A stretch of DNA of 63,333 bases, filler included, from Reticulomyxa filosa (Eukaryota > Protista > Foraminifera), in NCBI GenBank assembly GCA_000512085.1. It is 18 parts of 18 records of this genome, joined end to end, with 100 filler letters (N's around TTAATTAATTAA, not from the genome) between each part and the next. Parts side by side here need not be neighbours in the genome. Positions count along the whole stretch, not along the records: positions 11,687 to 24,353 come from ASPP01012030.1; positions 24,454 to 26,390 come from ASPP01007789.1; 16 more parts are not named here. One strand, written 5' to 3'. The notes below the pieces were generated by a model, which did no database searches, was not told the DNA's origin, and worked only from the letters and a program-made list of their open reading frames with translations. This document shows, piece after piece, positions 12,814 to 24,610 of the stretch. How positions within the stretch are numbered: position 1 is the stretch's first letter; every line of letters starts with the position of its first letter. Both the position numbers and the translations under genes were made by a program.

Positions 12814-15800
12814 TTAATCAATATCACTCCAAACCTTCCAATCTAATTCAGAGTTAGTATGACTCTGAAGACCAATCGATGTTTTGATAGTGTCTCTGAG
12901 TGGCTGTGTTAGATAAGATATGCTGAAGTTATAGAATACAGTTTTAATATCTTCGATGGTGATTTTTTCGATATCATCAATTGTATACGCAATCAAGTTC
13001 CTGATGTTTGTTTGTGTTTCTATTTTCTCGTCGTTTGCTTGGTTCAATTCTTTTGTGAGTTCTTCTTTCTTTTGTTTGCATACAGAGAGCTGTTTCTCAC
13101 GAAAGGTTCCACCTGCTCTTTCAGCGATTTAAAATTGTCATAGAAATCGCAATCTTTGTTTGTTATCTCTTCCATTGCAGTATTTTCAAGTAAATGCCCA
13201 ATAAATCGATCGGAACATATAAAATCAGAGATTGGAGAAACAATAGACCTTGAAACAAAGTCGGTAACATTGGACAAAGCAATTTGCATGTTTCCAACCT
13301 TGCCATCGTTTAGATCTTGCATTATCTGCTTCAGTTGTGGAACATGGTATTGTAGATGTGTCAAACTTGCAACGTCCTTGGCAATGGCTTGTTTTAATGC
13401 GTTTCTCATTGGCTCTGTTTTGGAAGAAGCAAGGAGAGAGCGGAGAAAGATAGAAATGAAGCATTTGTCCCTTTCTTGTGCCAGCACTTGCAAAAATGCG
13501 AGCAAATACTCGCAATCGTTATTTCTTTCAATGGCAAAGAAATTGTTGAGGTACGATATTATCTTCACTTCCAATTCTTGCTCCACCGTGAGGAAAATGG
13601 TCTCTTCGACACGTTTATAGAGTTCGTGTCTGCTTTGTAAGACCTGGCATCGTTGAAACATCCGCTTGGATTTCGAAAAAGAGGATTGCGAACACCATTT
13701 AGCAATGTCCTCCCAATCAGCTGACTCTTCCTTACTGTCCTCCAAACTCGATTGAACATCGACGTCGTGATACGTATACGTGTTCAAATCTCTTGTCGAC
13801 GTAACGCAGGTGGAAATGTACAACTCGTTTGCTTTAGCCTTTGCAAACGATAGAAGTGGTCCTGTGATAGAGGTCATGTTACATACTTTTGTGATTATGC
13901 TTACTAAGCTGTCAGGATGATGTTGCCTTTCCATCAATGTCACCAAATCGATTGATAACTGTAAATATTTCAACGAGTTTGCGTCGATTGTTTGTGGGAG
14001 CAATCTCAGGACATATCCAAGAGCATGATAGATAGCCGTATCTTTTTTGTCCAAAGCCTGTTGAGCGCAAAGAAGCGAATGGAGGCAGTGAACAGCTTGT
14101 TCATTTATCGTCGTCGATGGAAGATGAATCACCGCAATTAGGGAAATTAATTGAGAAAATCCCTTCAACCAACCCTTATTGCGAATGATGGATACAATTT
14201 CGACCGCCTCACGGATGTGACGCAGAGTCTTGTCAGAGTGCACCAACACCAAATGTGGCAACTCCAAAATGTATTTCAAAGTAAGAACATGACTGTTCAT
14301 GCCCGTATGCATGGCTCTTGTTTTTTCGCATATCTTTTGGATCTTGGACACCAATGTGTCCCTTTGAACTTGCGAGATTTGCTTTTTCACAATCGGCTCA
14401 AGACAGTCGTATACGTCATTGCTATTTCCGTGTTCAAGTGCATTCCACATGGCAAGTGCAGTTTCGAACACCTGTTTCTGTCCAAATGTGCAAGCTGCTT
14501 CGTCGAGAACAAGATCGAGAATTCGTCGGTATGATTCGAGGAAAATGCAGCTGTCGCTTTTGTTGAGAATTTCGACCACCGTTTGACATTTGAGCACGTG
14601 TTGCAAGACACATTGAATGTCCACGTTTGCAAACACTGCCAGTTTTCGTAAGCATTTCAATACGTCTTTTTCTTTTTGTAAATGTCGAACAAGTTTGACT
14701 CCAGAACAAATGCGTTCCATTGCACATCCCACGATTCGTTTCTTCCTTTTGTCTTGAATCGACTCTAACGAATAGTGTAGTCTTTGTTCGTCATTCATGT
14801 CTTCCCATGCTTTGACATTGCTATTGTCTCCGCCTTTGCTGTCGTTCTGACACGACCATGTGTGACTCAAGGTCATGGGACTCAAGGTCATGGGACTCAA
14901 GGTCATGTGACTCAAGGTCATGTGACTCAAGGTCATGTGACTCAAGGTCATGGGCTTGATCACCGATTTCAAGTCCAAGTCTAATGGCCGAGATGCGCTC
15001 CAATTCGAAGAAAGACACGTACCAAGTGAGGCCGGACTTGGCAGTAGGGAAGTCAGAGATCCCACAACCGAGTCTAAATTGCACAGTTTCAAAACGATAT
15101 CATAGACTCGCTTCCAACTGCATTCATTGTTCACAGCATCGACCAGATCACTCGCAACTTGCAAGTACTTGGATAACTTGCTCGCTCCATTTTGCGGCAG
15201 TAAACCGAACATGCACGAGACAGCCCGCGCTCGTTGTCCGTTGTTCAACAGTCCTTGGATGGAAAGAAGAGAATAGATCCGATTTACAACATCCTCCTGC
15301 AAGGAAGAGCCCTTTTCTGTTTGTTTGATCATTGAGACTAGCTGTTGCAACATCTTGGGGAAATCTCTGTTGTGTGCGTTAGATATGATTTCGATGGTCT
15401 GATATGCAATGCGCATCTGGGCTTGCTCTTCGAGGGTAGCCATTGAGAGCTGGAACACACTCAAAATGCTATGCAGCACGTCGAGAGTGGATGTTTGTGT
15501 TCGTGTGGCACTGGCCATTATCTCTTCAATCTTTGCAATTAGCTGCTGTTTGTCGTTTGCAAGAAAGCACTTGTTCGGAGCGATATTCTGCAGACAGTAG
15601 TATACGTCCTGACTGTTTGCACTTTGGAGTGCCTTCCACAGTGGCAGACACTTTTGAAAACTGTTTACAAGGTGGAATTCGAAGACAAAGAAGAAAAAGA
15701 AGAAGAAGAAAGAAGCAATTGTAGTAATTGCTCGTAAGATTGTAATTGCAAAGGTGCAGTTTGGAAAGATGTGATAAGATCATAACATTTGGACAAACTT

Positions 15801-18800
15801 TGCCAAACGTTGGGTATGTTCACATTAGCAAACGCGAAAAAATGCTTCAGACAATCCAAGAGGTCTTTGGTCTGGAGACACCGTACGACGGTAATGCCGC
15901 GGACAATGTACTGAATCGAATCCGAGATGATGTTCTTTTGCCACGAGCTGCCCAGCAGATCTTGCACAGCCTCCAGAATTTTAGCGTAGTCTCTGTCGCG
16001 AATGGCTTGGACCAACTGCGAAGATTGGAAAATCTTTTTCACGGCGGTGTATGCGCTCTTGAACTTGTCGTAGATTTCGAGACAAGCGTCGAGGAACGGG
16101 ACCGGGAGAAAGCGCACGAACGTAGCAAGCAAGCCTCGCCAACCGTCTTTGAGACCATTGAAGAGTACCCCAAATGTGGCCTCTAGCACGTCTTCCTTCA
16201 GGAATTTTCCAAAGTCACTAAACTCGCCGTGGATCATTCCCTTAACACCTTTGACCACTGACTTGATGCCAAGGAAAATGAACGACAATCCGAACGTGCC
16301 ACCTGTCATCATCATGCATGCCACGCCCACTGCAATTTGACATGCACCGATGATAGCAGCAAAGAGGCCTGCCAAAAACCCTTCAATTCGCCACTGAGTT
16401 TTTTGGTCGGATATTTCAAAGCAGCCAATCAGTCCACATTGGGTTAAATACGACGTTACACCTTCAAATTCTTTGTGCTGTCCCAAAATGTCCGACCTTT
16501 CATCCAGCAATTCCTTCCACTTCACGAGCTTGCATTTCAAAAAGTACATCGGACGGTGTTGCAAGGAATTCTGGACAAACTCCAAAGCTTTTTCGCACTG
16601 GCTCTGTACTAGCTTCCACAACTCCGCTTCGAACAAAAACATCTCCCTCAAATTGTGTTGACTATTGCCGTCATCTTCATGATCAGACGTCGAACGTGCA
16701 AGGTAATGTCCATTTGTGCACATGTTTTGAATCACATTGATGCGCTGTAGTTCTATCTCGATGAATCCTGCCGCACTGTGCAATTCTTGGATTGTCTCCT
16801 GCTTGCACTTCTGACGTTTGTCTTCGCTATCTGTCCCACCGTTTTCAATAGTTTTCTGCACACGCCAGTAGGCTGGAATAAAGGAATGTGGACTCAGCTG
16901 CGCCCTGGCATTGTCCAGCATGTGCAATTGGTCGTCGACAGAAGCGCCATTATCGCTGTTGGCTTGTATGGCAGACCAAGTGAGCAAATGGGGGTTAAAG
17001 CAGAGTCGATACGAGTTGGTCGTCAGTTCGGACAATACTTGTCGCTCAAATTGTTCGAATGCGTCATCCGCACCCTTACAGTCGTCGTCGTCGTCGTCGT
17101 CGTCGCAACGGCGAAATATCTTTTGACACACCACAGACCAATGATAGTGAATCATGTCAATCACGGCAGATGTCATTATGCGCTTATCTTTATACGTACC
17201 AACAATGAGTTGGTCGAGCATTTCCAAATACTTATTGAAATATCTCTCTTTTTTTTTTCTTTATTCAGACGAGTGGTAATTTGATTCAAATTTTGTGCGC
17301 TGCGCCAATCCCGCGACTTTCGGATCTCGTCAATGTTGCATCCCTGGTATCGTGCATTTTCCATTTCTTTGTTCACAATGAGAATACACGATCCAGGATC
17401 GGTGGATCGAGCGCTCCGTCCAATGTTTTGCGCTTCGATCCTCCCATTCTCTGGCAGGAACGTTACGATAACGTGCAGTCCGCCCATGCGCTTAACGTAT
17501 TCTTGCAATTGCACGTCCGTGCCTCTTCCTGCAAGATTCGTAGCAACAATTACGTCTCCCTTTGCAAACTTGTTTTGCATCAATCCAACCTGCTGACTGT
17601 TGTCGCTACGTGAGTATACGTATATCTCTCCATTGCGCAGATGTTTCCTCAGTCTGACTGTTTCCTTGCGCAGTCTGCGGGCGATTTTATCTGTCGTTTT
17701 GATGTCCTCGGTGATAATGAGGACCACTTTTTCTTTTTTCATTTGTACGAATACGTTGACACAAATGGACTGGAGCCACTCGCATTCGTTAGTGCACAGC
17801 ACGTCAGTATAAAACATCTTTGTCTTTGTGGCAAACGACGGGATCTTTAGGATGTGAGCGTCAAAGTGCTGCGTGTAATATTCCATTTCTTTGGTGCCAC
17901 CCAACGTCCCCGTCAATCCAAAGACCTTTCCACCTGTCACGTACTTGCGATAAAAAGTAAAGTTAGTGATCATCTGCGCTACGCTGCCGAGCACAGTCAT
18001 CTTTTTCCTGTGCTTGAGCTGCAGACATTGATGGAGTCCATTCGAATACACCGTCTTTTCTTGCACCGTCCCAACGTCCTTGGACATGGGCACGATCTCG
18101 TTGTTTCGAATGATGTAGTCTTTGTCCGCACTGTGCAAGAACGCGGCCTTCCACGCAGATTCGACCCACTCGTCGAGCTGTCCATCGATCAATGGCTTTA
18201 GAAACTGCTGCGAAATACCGAGTGCATCGGGAGAAAAGTCAGAGACGTTGCCGTTGACGGCATCCATAATGTATTTCTTCACGTCGTCGACAATTTTCTG
18301 TTTGATATTGCGAGCGCAGTGCATTTGCACAACCTTGCGCTCTTCAGGATAGTGCAGTAACACCATGGAACACTGTGAGAGATCGGGGATCTCGTCAAAC
18401 TTTTTCCCTTCGCGAAAGTGCTTTACGAACACGCCTTTGCACGGACAGGTTGCGATTTGGAGTCACTCTGTTCCTCCCTTCTTTCGAATAGAGCCACATT
18501 CAAGTTGAGCATGATCGGATGCGAAATGAGTTCCACCAATGCGTCCATGGATAGATTTGCAAGCTTTTCTTTGACGGTGTCCACACTCGATAGCGTACAT
18601 TCGTCGAACCCCAAATGCAACAGAATGTGACCTTTGCGTGATTCACTGCCGCTGTGCAGCCACGCCTGCAGTGCCATGTTGGACACGTTGTCCAACCAGT
18701 TGCCTACTGTGTCTCCTTGCTTTGACAACACATACATTAAATTGCACTCCTTCACGTCCTTTAGAGCCATCCACATGTCACACTTGATCTGAACTACCAT

Positions 18801-20360
18801 GTCGCTCAATGACGACACGAGAAGCATCATACGCGTATACGTCATGCCGAGGATGCAGTTCAGCGGTGCATAGCCAGCTGCCGGTCTCGTCAGCTGCGTC
18901 GCGCCAAAGATGGTGTCGATGAAGCCGTAGTCACACTCATCGACAATCGCGACACTGTGTGGACGACCACTGGCAGCGCGTACGTTGTTTTCCGTTGCCT
19001 TGATATTGTGCTCCGAGTCTTGCTCGTGCAGCATGTCGCACTCGTAACCGTACGCTGTCGAAAATGCACGTCCATGTTTCTATACGGTCCTGCGTGCTCT
19101 AGCTTTGGATTCTTGACATTCGGGTCGATATATCCACATGACAGACCGCCACACATGCCGAGCCATGCATTTGTTTTTTCGTCGCTGGCTTCGCGCTGTG
19201 CTAACAGCGATTGCGATGTAATCACGTCTACGCGCTCGCCAAAATATAAGCGCTCGATAATCGTTAGAAATATTACAATCACTGATTTGCCTTCGCCGGT
19301 GCCCACTTGAAACAACACGTTACTTTTTTTTGTTTGTTTTGTTTTGTTTTGCGAACAACGGAACGCTGCAAATACCACCAGCACCTGCGCTAATCGTGGA
19401 GGGTACGTATACGTCCACTCCATTCCCAGTGCCACCATTGCAAACAGCTCGTGCACAAAATGCTTTGTCTTTTCTTTCTCTTCGCATGTCATGTGCAAGC
19501 ATTGCTCACAAAAGCGAGTCACGTCTTCTCTGCTTCGTGATCTGCGACACTTGTCGAGCATGTGTTCGTACGACAATAGGTCTTGACGTAGCTCCTCGAT
19601 ATTTATAAAAGAGTGACAACTCGGATTTAAGTTTTGCAATTCGGATATTAGCTCTGTCAATGTTCTCGCACGGCCCTGAGGCCAGGTAACGGGGTTGATT
19701 TGTCCAAATTTCAGACACTCGTCGAACAATCCTTCTAACATCTGGCATCTCGTCGTTACATTCCATTCGAGACGACGGGCTTGCTTTTTTTCGCTTGGTG
19801 TCATATCATGGCCACTTCGCATGGCCTGGACTTGATGCTGTCGACTTTGAAACTTTACCAACAATTCTCTATAATCATTTTTTGCCCAATTTGGTGTCAC
19901 TCTGTTTTTTCTCCTACGAGCTATGGACGCAATTACAAAAAGAACTGGCTCTGAAAGTAGCTCTCGCAGGGAACGACAGATTCGTGCTTTTTTTGTTGTG
20001 GATCCCATTTTGTTGAAAATGCATTGCAGTGGGTCACACAAACGCTTTGAGTTGTTCTTTTCGTCCAATTGCGCCACTTGGATATGCAGGCCTCTCATCA
20101 ACATTAATGCAACCAAGTCAAGTAAGTGCAAGATTCTGTTCTGTCTTGGGAGTCTTCTCATTGCAAGGGCTCGCTCTGCGATCACTTTATCGCTTTGCTG
20201 GTCTTGACCGTAATCACATAGGCAAGACACAACGAACGGACAAACTCCAGCTGCATTGAGGATACTCAGTCCATTTGCGATCTCATGAACAAATCTCTAT
20301 GTGATAGGCAATGGCCATTTTCTTTTAGTACTTCCAATAGGTGGCTTAAAATCACTCTCA
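12814..20360 (-). CDS. Giant (~2,500 aa) SecA-like SF2 ATPase protein, apparently intronless, interrupted by about six -1 frame breaks (recoded, young pseudogene or sequencing indels)
   Basis: SecA motifs in order across the pieces: QVGTGEGKS; VDVITSQSLLAQRE; DVHF/STAYGYECD; AIVDECD; DKDYIIRNNEIV...YSNGLHQCLQLKH; ITNFTFYRKY...GLTGTLG; VIVATNLAGRGTD; GGLHVIVTFLPENGRIEAQNIGRSAR..DPGS. Then a hydrophobic hairpin and helical repeats. Confidence 0.88.
14861..14950. repeat. Coding minisatellite, 6 x 15 bp TG(T/G)GACTCAAGGTCA, encoding (MTLSH/P)6
   Basis: Six tandem units read directly. In frame within the 824-aa ORF. Confidence 0.97.
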
Positions 20361-21544
20361 TTTGTTTCGTCGAATGTTGAGGTGGCTCCTTTCTTTATTT
20401 GTCCTTTGGTCAATAAATTCAGACTCTTAATGTCTTCAATCAAGGAAGAATTACTAAAATTATCTTGTGCTAAAGTAAACGTTTATTTATTTGCATACGG
20501 CTAAAAAGAACCGACGTGAACTTTAACCCTCTTTTCTGGCTCGTTTTCGTGGAGTCGTGTGGTACATAGCAAAAAATTCGATGTCGCTACGTTTTCATCT
20601 TTCCATAGATCTTTTACAGAATAATGGTACAACTTGTAATAGATAAAATTTGTCTCTTTTTGTCCTCTGAATACTTAGCAATGTTAATTTTTATTTATTA
20701 TTTAAACTCATTTAGCGTGTTGAATCTCAGCGTAATCAAAAGAAAAAGACACTTTTTTTCTTAGTTTTCACATGTTTACTTGTTGTATAATCTTTTTAAT
20801 AATCTTTAAAAATTTTCAAATTGAATATCTTGTGTTTAGTTCTAAGGGAGCTGTAGAACTCCAATTGGGCTAAACTCTTTTACAAAACCAACATTCTAAC
20901 TCACTTTTTTTCTTGTTTTTGTTTCTCATTTTGTTTTCTTCTTAATTTAACTTTTGTTTTATTTTGAAATTAGCTCAAAAGAGCTGTTTCCTTTCGTATT
21001 ACACTTGTCTGGTGCAAAGTAGCTGACATTACTCTCCCTACAGGTGTTCCTTAAAATTAGTTTGTTGCTCAGTTTTCTCTGTAATTGAAATTTTGTCTTT
21101 ACATTTTTTATAAACAAGAAGCTTCCTAAAAAAGCAAAAAACTAGCAGTCAGCAATAAATACCTAAAAATTTAAATTACATATACTGTTATACACTTTAA
21201 GTGAAAGATTTCAATTTTTGAAAAAATTTCGAATGACGGAATGCGATATTTAACAATAACACAATTTGTAGATATTTTTGATCACAAAGAAGTGTGTAGT
21301 GCAATAAAACAAGGTAATAAGAAATTGAGTTTGCACTTAAATGTAGAGGTAAAAACTTGAAAATGTTGAAGTTTTACTGAAACAAACAGAAAGTCTGCAC
21401 AGATTGAAAACTTTGTAGCAAGAACACAATGAGCAAACAAAAGTTCACAACTTTTGAAAAAACAAAGGGCAAGAAAATATTAGGCTTTGTGAAAAAAAAA
21501 ATAATAATTAGCTTTGCAACAGAAGAAAAAGAAGGTTGGAGAAC

Positions 21545-22647
21545 ATGGCATCAAAAGACCATTTGCACGACGAATCAGCGAGCTTAGTTCATCGACATTT
21601 AGGCGGCTTTGATTTTGGACTGGCACACAGAAATGCAGAGCTGATGAAGAAGGGAATGGAACAGCCGAAATACACGAAGACAGGAACGACAATTGTGGGA
21701 CTGGTATTCAAAGACGGGGTAGTGTTGGGAGCAGACACGCGTGCGACAGCAGATACAATTGTCGCGCAAAAGAATTGTGAGAAAATTCATTACATTGCGC
21801 CAAACATTTACTGTTGCGGAGCTGGGACGGCTGCCGACACAGAGAGCGTGACAGAGATGATATCCTCTCAACTCGCATTGATGCGTCTGGACACAAATAC
21901 ACAGTCACGCGTCATCTGCGCATTGACCCGCCTGAAGCGCTATTTGTTCCGCTACATGGGATATGTCTCCGCCGCACTGGTATTGGGCGGCGTGGACTGC
22001 AATGGTCCGCATTTGCACACCGTGTGGCCACACGGCAGCACCGAGACCCTGCCCTATGTCACCATGGGCAGTGGTTCGTTGGCGGCCATGGCTATATTCG
22101 AGGCCGAGTTCAAACCAAATATGCAGGTATGTATGTGTATAATAACAACAATAATAATAATAATAAATAATTATATATATATAAATAATTATATATATAT
22201 ATAATTATTTATATATATAATTATTTATTATTATTATTATTATTATTGTTAATTTGTCAGGAAGAGGAAGCCAAAGAACTTGTGAAACAAGCCATTCTCA
22301 GTGGCATCAACAACGACTTGGGAAGTGGAAGCAATGTCGATTTGTGCGTCATCACCAAAGACAAAACACAATTTTTAAGAAATATCTTCAAAACTGAAAT
22401 TCCTCAAAAAAAAATTCACCAAATCAAATATCCCCATGGAACTACTGGTACCGCTTTCTTTCTCTGTTTGCTTCCCCCCCCACTCTCTTTGTTCCACTTG
22501 CTTTCAGACTCACTCACATACACACCTTGTTCAGTTGTCCTCAGACGTGAAGTGGTGTTACATGGCGAAGAAGATGAAAAAAAAGAGGAATGGTGCGAAC
22601 CTGAAGAAAGGGTCCAAAAGGCTTTAGAGCGCATCGATGCTGACTGA
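21545..22647 (+). CDS. PSMB7: 20S proteasome subunit beta-2 (trypsin-like), 3 exons
   Basis: Propeptide then KTG|[46 protein letters not shown] and [10 protein letters not shown]. Introns 22127-22260 and 22448-22534. Confidence 0.97.
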
Positions 22648-24610
22648 TTTGGTTTTTTTTTCCCAACTAGTTGTTCTTTTACATAAAAAAATAAAAGAAA
22701 AGAACTGGTTAAAAAAAAAAAGGGAACAATATTCAAAGATTTTTTGTGCTCTGTTTTCATGGATGCAGTTATACCGAGACTTGAACTTTCACCCTTTTTA
22801 CTGATCTGTCAATGGAAAGGTAACACAATTTTCAACCGCTTCAATTTTCAATGCAAGACTTTAAAGCACAAGAAAATTAAATACAACCTCTTTGATTCGT
22901 TTCACTTTTAAGGATTGGTGTTACTTTTGCATTTTACTTGGAAAAAATTTTCTTAATGGCAAAATTCCTTGGAAAAAGTAAAAATCTTTAGCAAATTCGT
23001 GTGGAAAAGATATCAACTACAATAAATTGCTTGTATTGATTGTAAGTGTGACTTGTCCATTTGTAAAAACACATGCAAAAGAACAAGGGGTACCGCTACA
23101 TTAATGAAAAAACGGTCTAGTTCATTTTATTGTCTAAAAACCATTTATCATTAATTATTTCCTTCAGAATCGGTCAATTTCGTATATTAAAAAAGTCTGG
23201 TCTTGTCACAAAAAACTAGAAAATACGCACTTAAAAAGCGTCGTTTCAAAATTTTTTTTTTATGTTTGAAAAAGAATACAGTTTTCAAAAGGCAATCAGA
23301 CTTTGTTACTGTTGTAACTCAAATGTGACATAAATTTTCTTTACGGAAAACGTAATTGGTTGACTTTAAAAACACAACTAGTTAAAGTTGAGACCGTGAC
23401 GTTGTGCATTCCTTGATTATGCACGGAACTACTTTCACAGTGGAAAGCTACCTTGTGTGAGCTTGAAGATGATCTTATTACAGAACTATTATAAAAAATG
23501 TTGTACTACTTGCCTAATATTGAGGCATTCCATTTTCTTCAAAGCAAATTGATATTATTCTATTTGTCCATCTATGAACTTTAGCAGGAGGAAAAAAGAA
23601 AAAAGCTTTGACTAGAGACAAACTATTTGACGTGGTTATATCTTATGCTGAATTCAAAGTTTTCAAGAAGCAAAAGAAAAGGACAGCCAAAATATTATCT
23701 CTTTGCTGGTTTATTAGTAAATCCAGAAGCCTAAGCGTAACAAAAAGTGCAAAAATCTTTTTCATGCATGGATAGCCGTGACATGCGTGTATTATGTTAT
23801 TTATTTATGAATAGAAAGCAAGAATGATATTTCTGTAGTTTTCATATTTTTTAAATGTTTTTATGCATAAGACGTTAATCTAATCTTATTTATGTAATAA
23901 ATTTTCTAAGCCTTCATTAGCGTGTACACTGCGTTCTCTCATTGTACTTGTTTTGTTATCTCGTATTTAGTTGTTTTATTAAAAGAACACTATACAATGG
24001 TATTTTTGTCGATTAAATATATCCTTCTTATCTGATGTGATTGCTTCCAATAATCCTATTTTCACATTAAAAATTTAAATAATTTTAGATTGTCTTATTT
24101 ATCTTGTTTATATGCTAAAATTAGATTAAAATAAATGCAAAGAAAGTGTGCAAGTTATTATGATCTCTTTTTTGAGGCACAAGTAATTCATTTACAAATA
24201 TTACTTAAAGAAAATTACATAAAAACAAATATAAAAGTAACCAAAGGCCATTAAATCAAAAAAGGGGTAAAATAATTTTAAATTTTCAAAATTAGATGGA
24301 AAAACACCAAAACAACATTTAAAAAGTGCGCAAAAATTTGAAAAAGTTGCTAGNNNNNNNNNNNNNNNNNNNNNNNNNNNNNNNNNNNNNNNNNNNNTTA
24401 ATTAATTAANNNNNNNNNNNNNNNNNNNNNNNNNNNNNNNNNNNNNNNNNNNNTTATTATTATTGTTATTAATATGCTCATCATCATTATCATTATCATT
24501 ATCATCATTTCCATCATTATCATTATTGTTTGTATTTTTCTTTTTGTTATTATTTGTGATTTTGATTTGCTCATTCTTAGCATGGCCATTGTTACGTGCA
24601 TATTGTTGCT

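Noticed and set aside
14861-14950. CRISPR-like array, or clustered AP-1 (TGACTCA) and nuclear-receptor (TCAAGGTCA) sites
   Set aside because: No spacers or cas genes. It is an in-frame coding minisatellite and the motif matches are probably coincidental.
18420-19075. Tiny introns as the cause of the SecA-like frame breaks
   Set aside because: The GT-AG candidate at ~19063 is 15 nt, so it is frame-neutral and would delete a conserved motif. Only one junction had a suitable 32-nt candidate.
11687-24353. Bacterial contaminant or secA operon
   Set aside because: The same contig carries an intron-containing PSMB7, and no bacterial neighbours are present.
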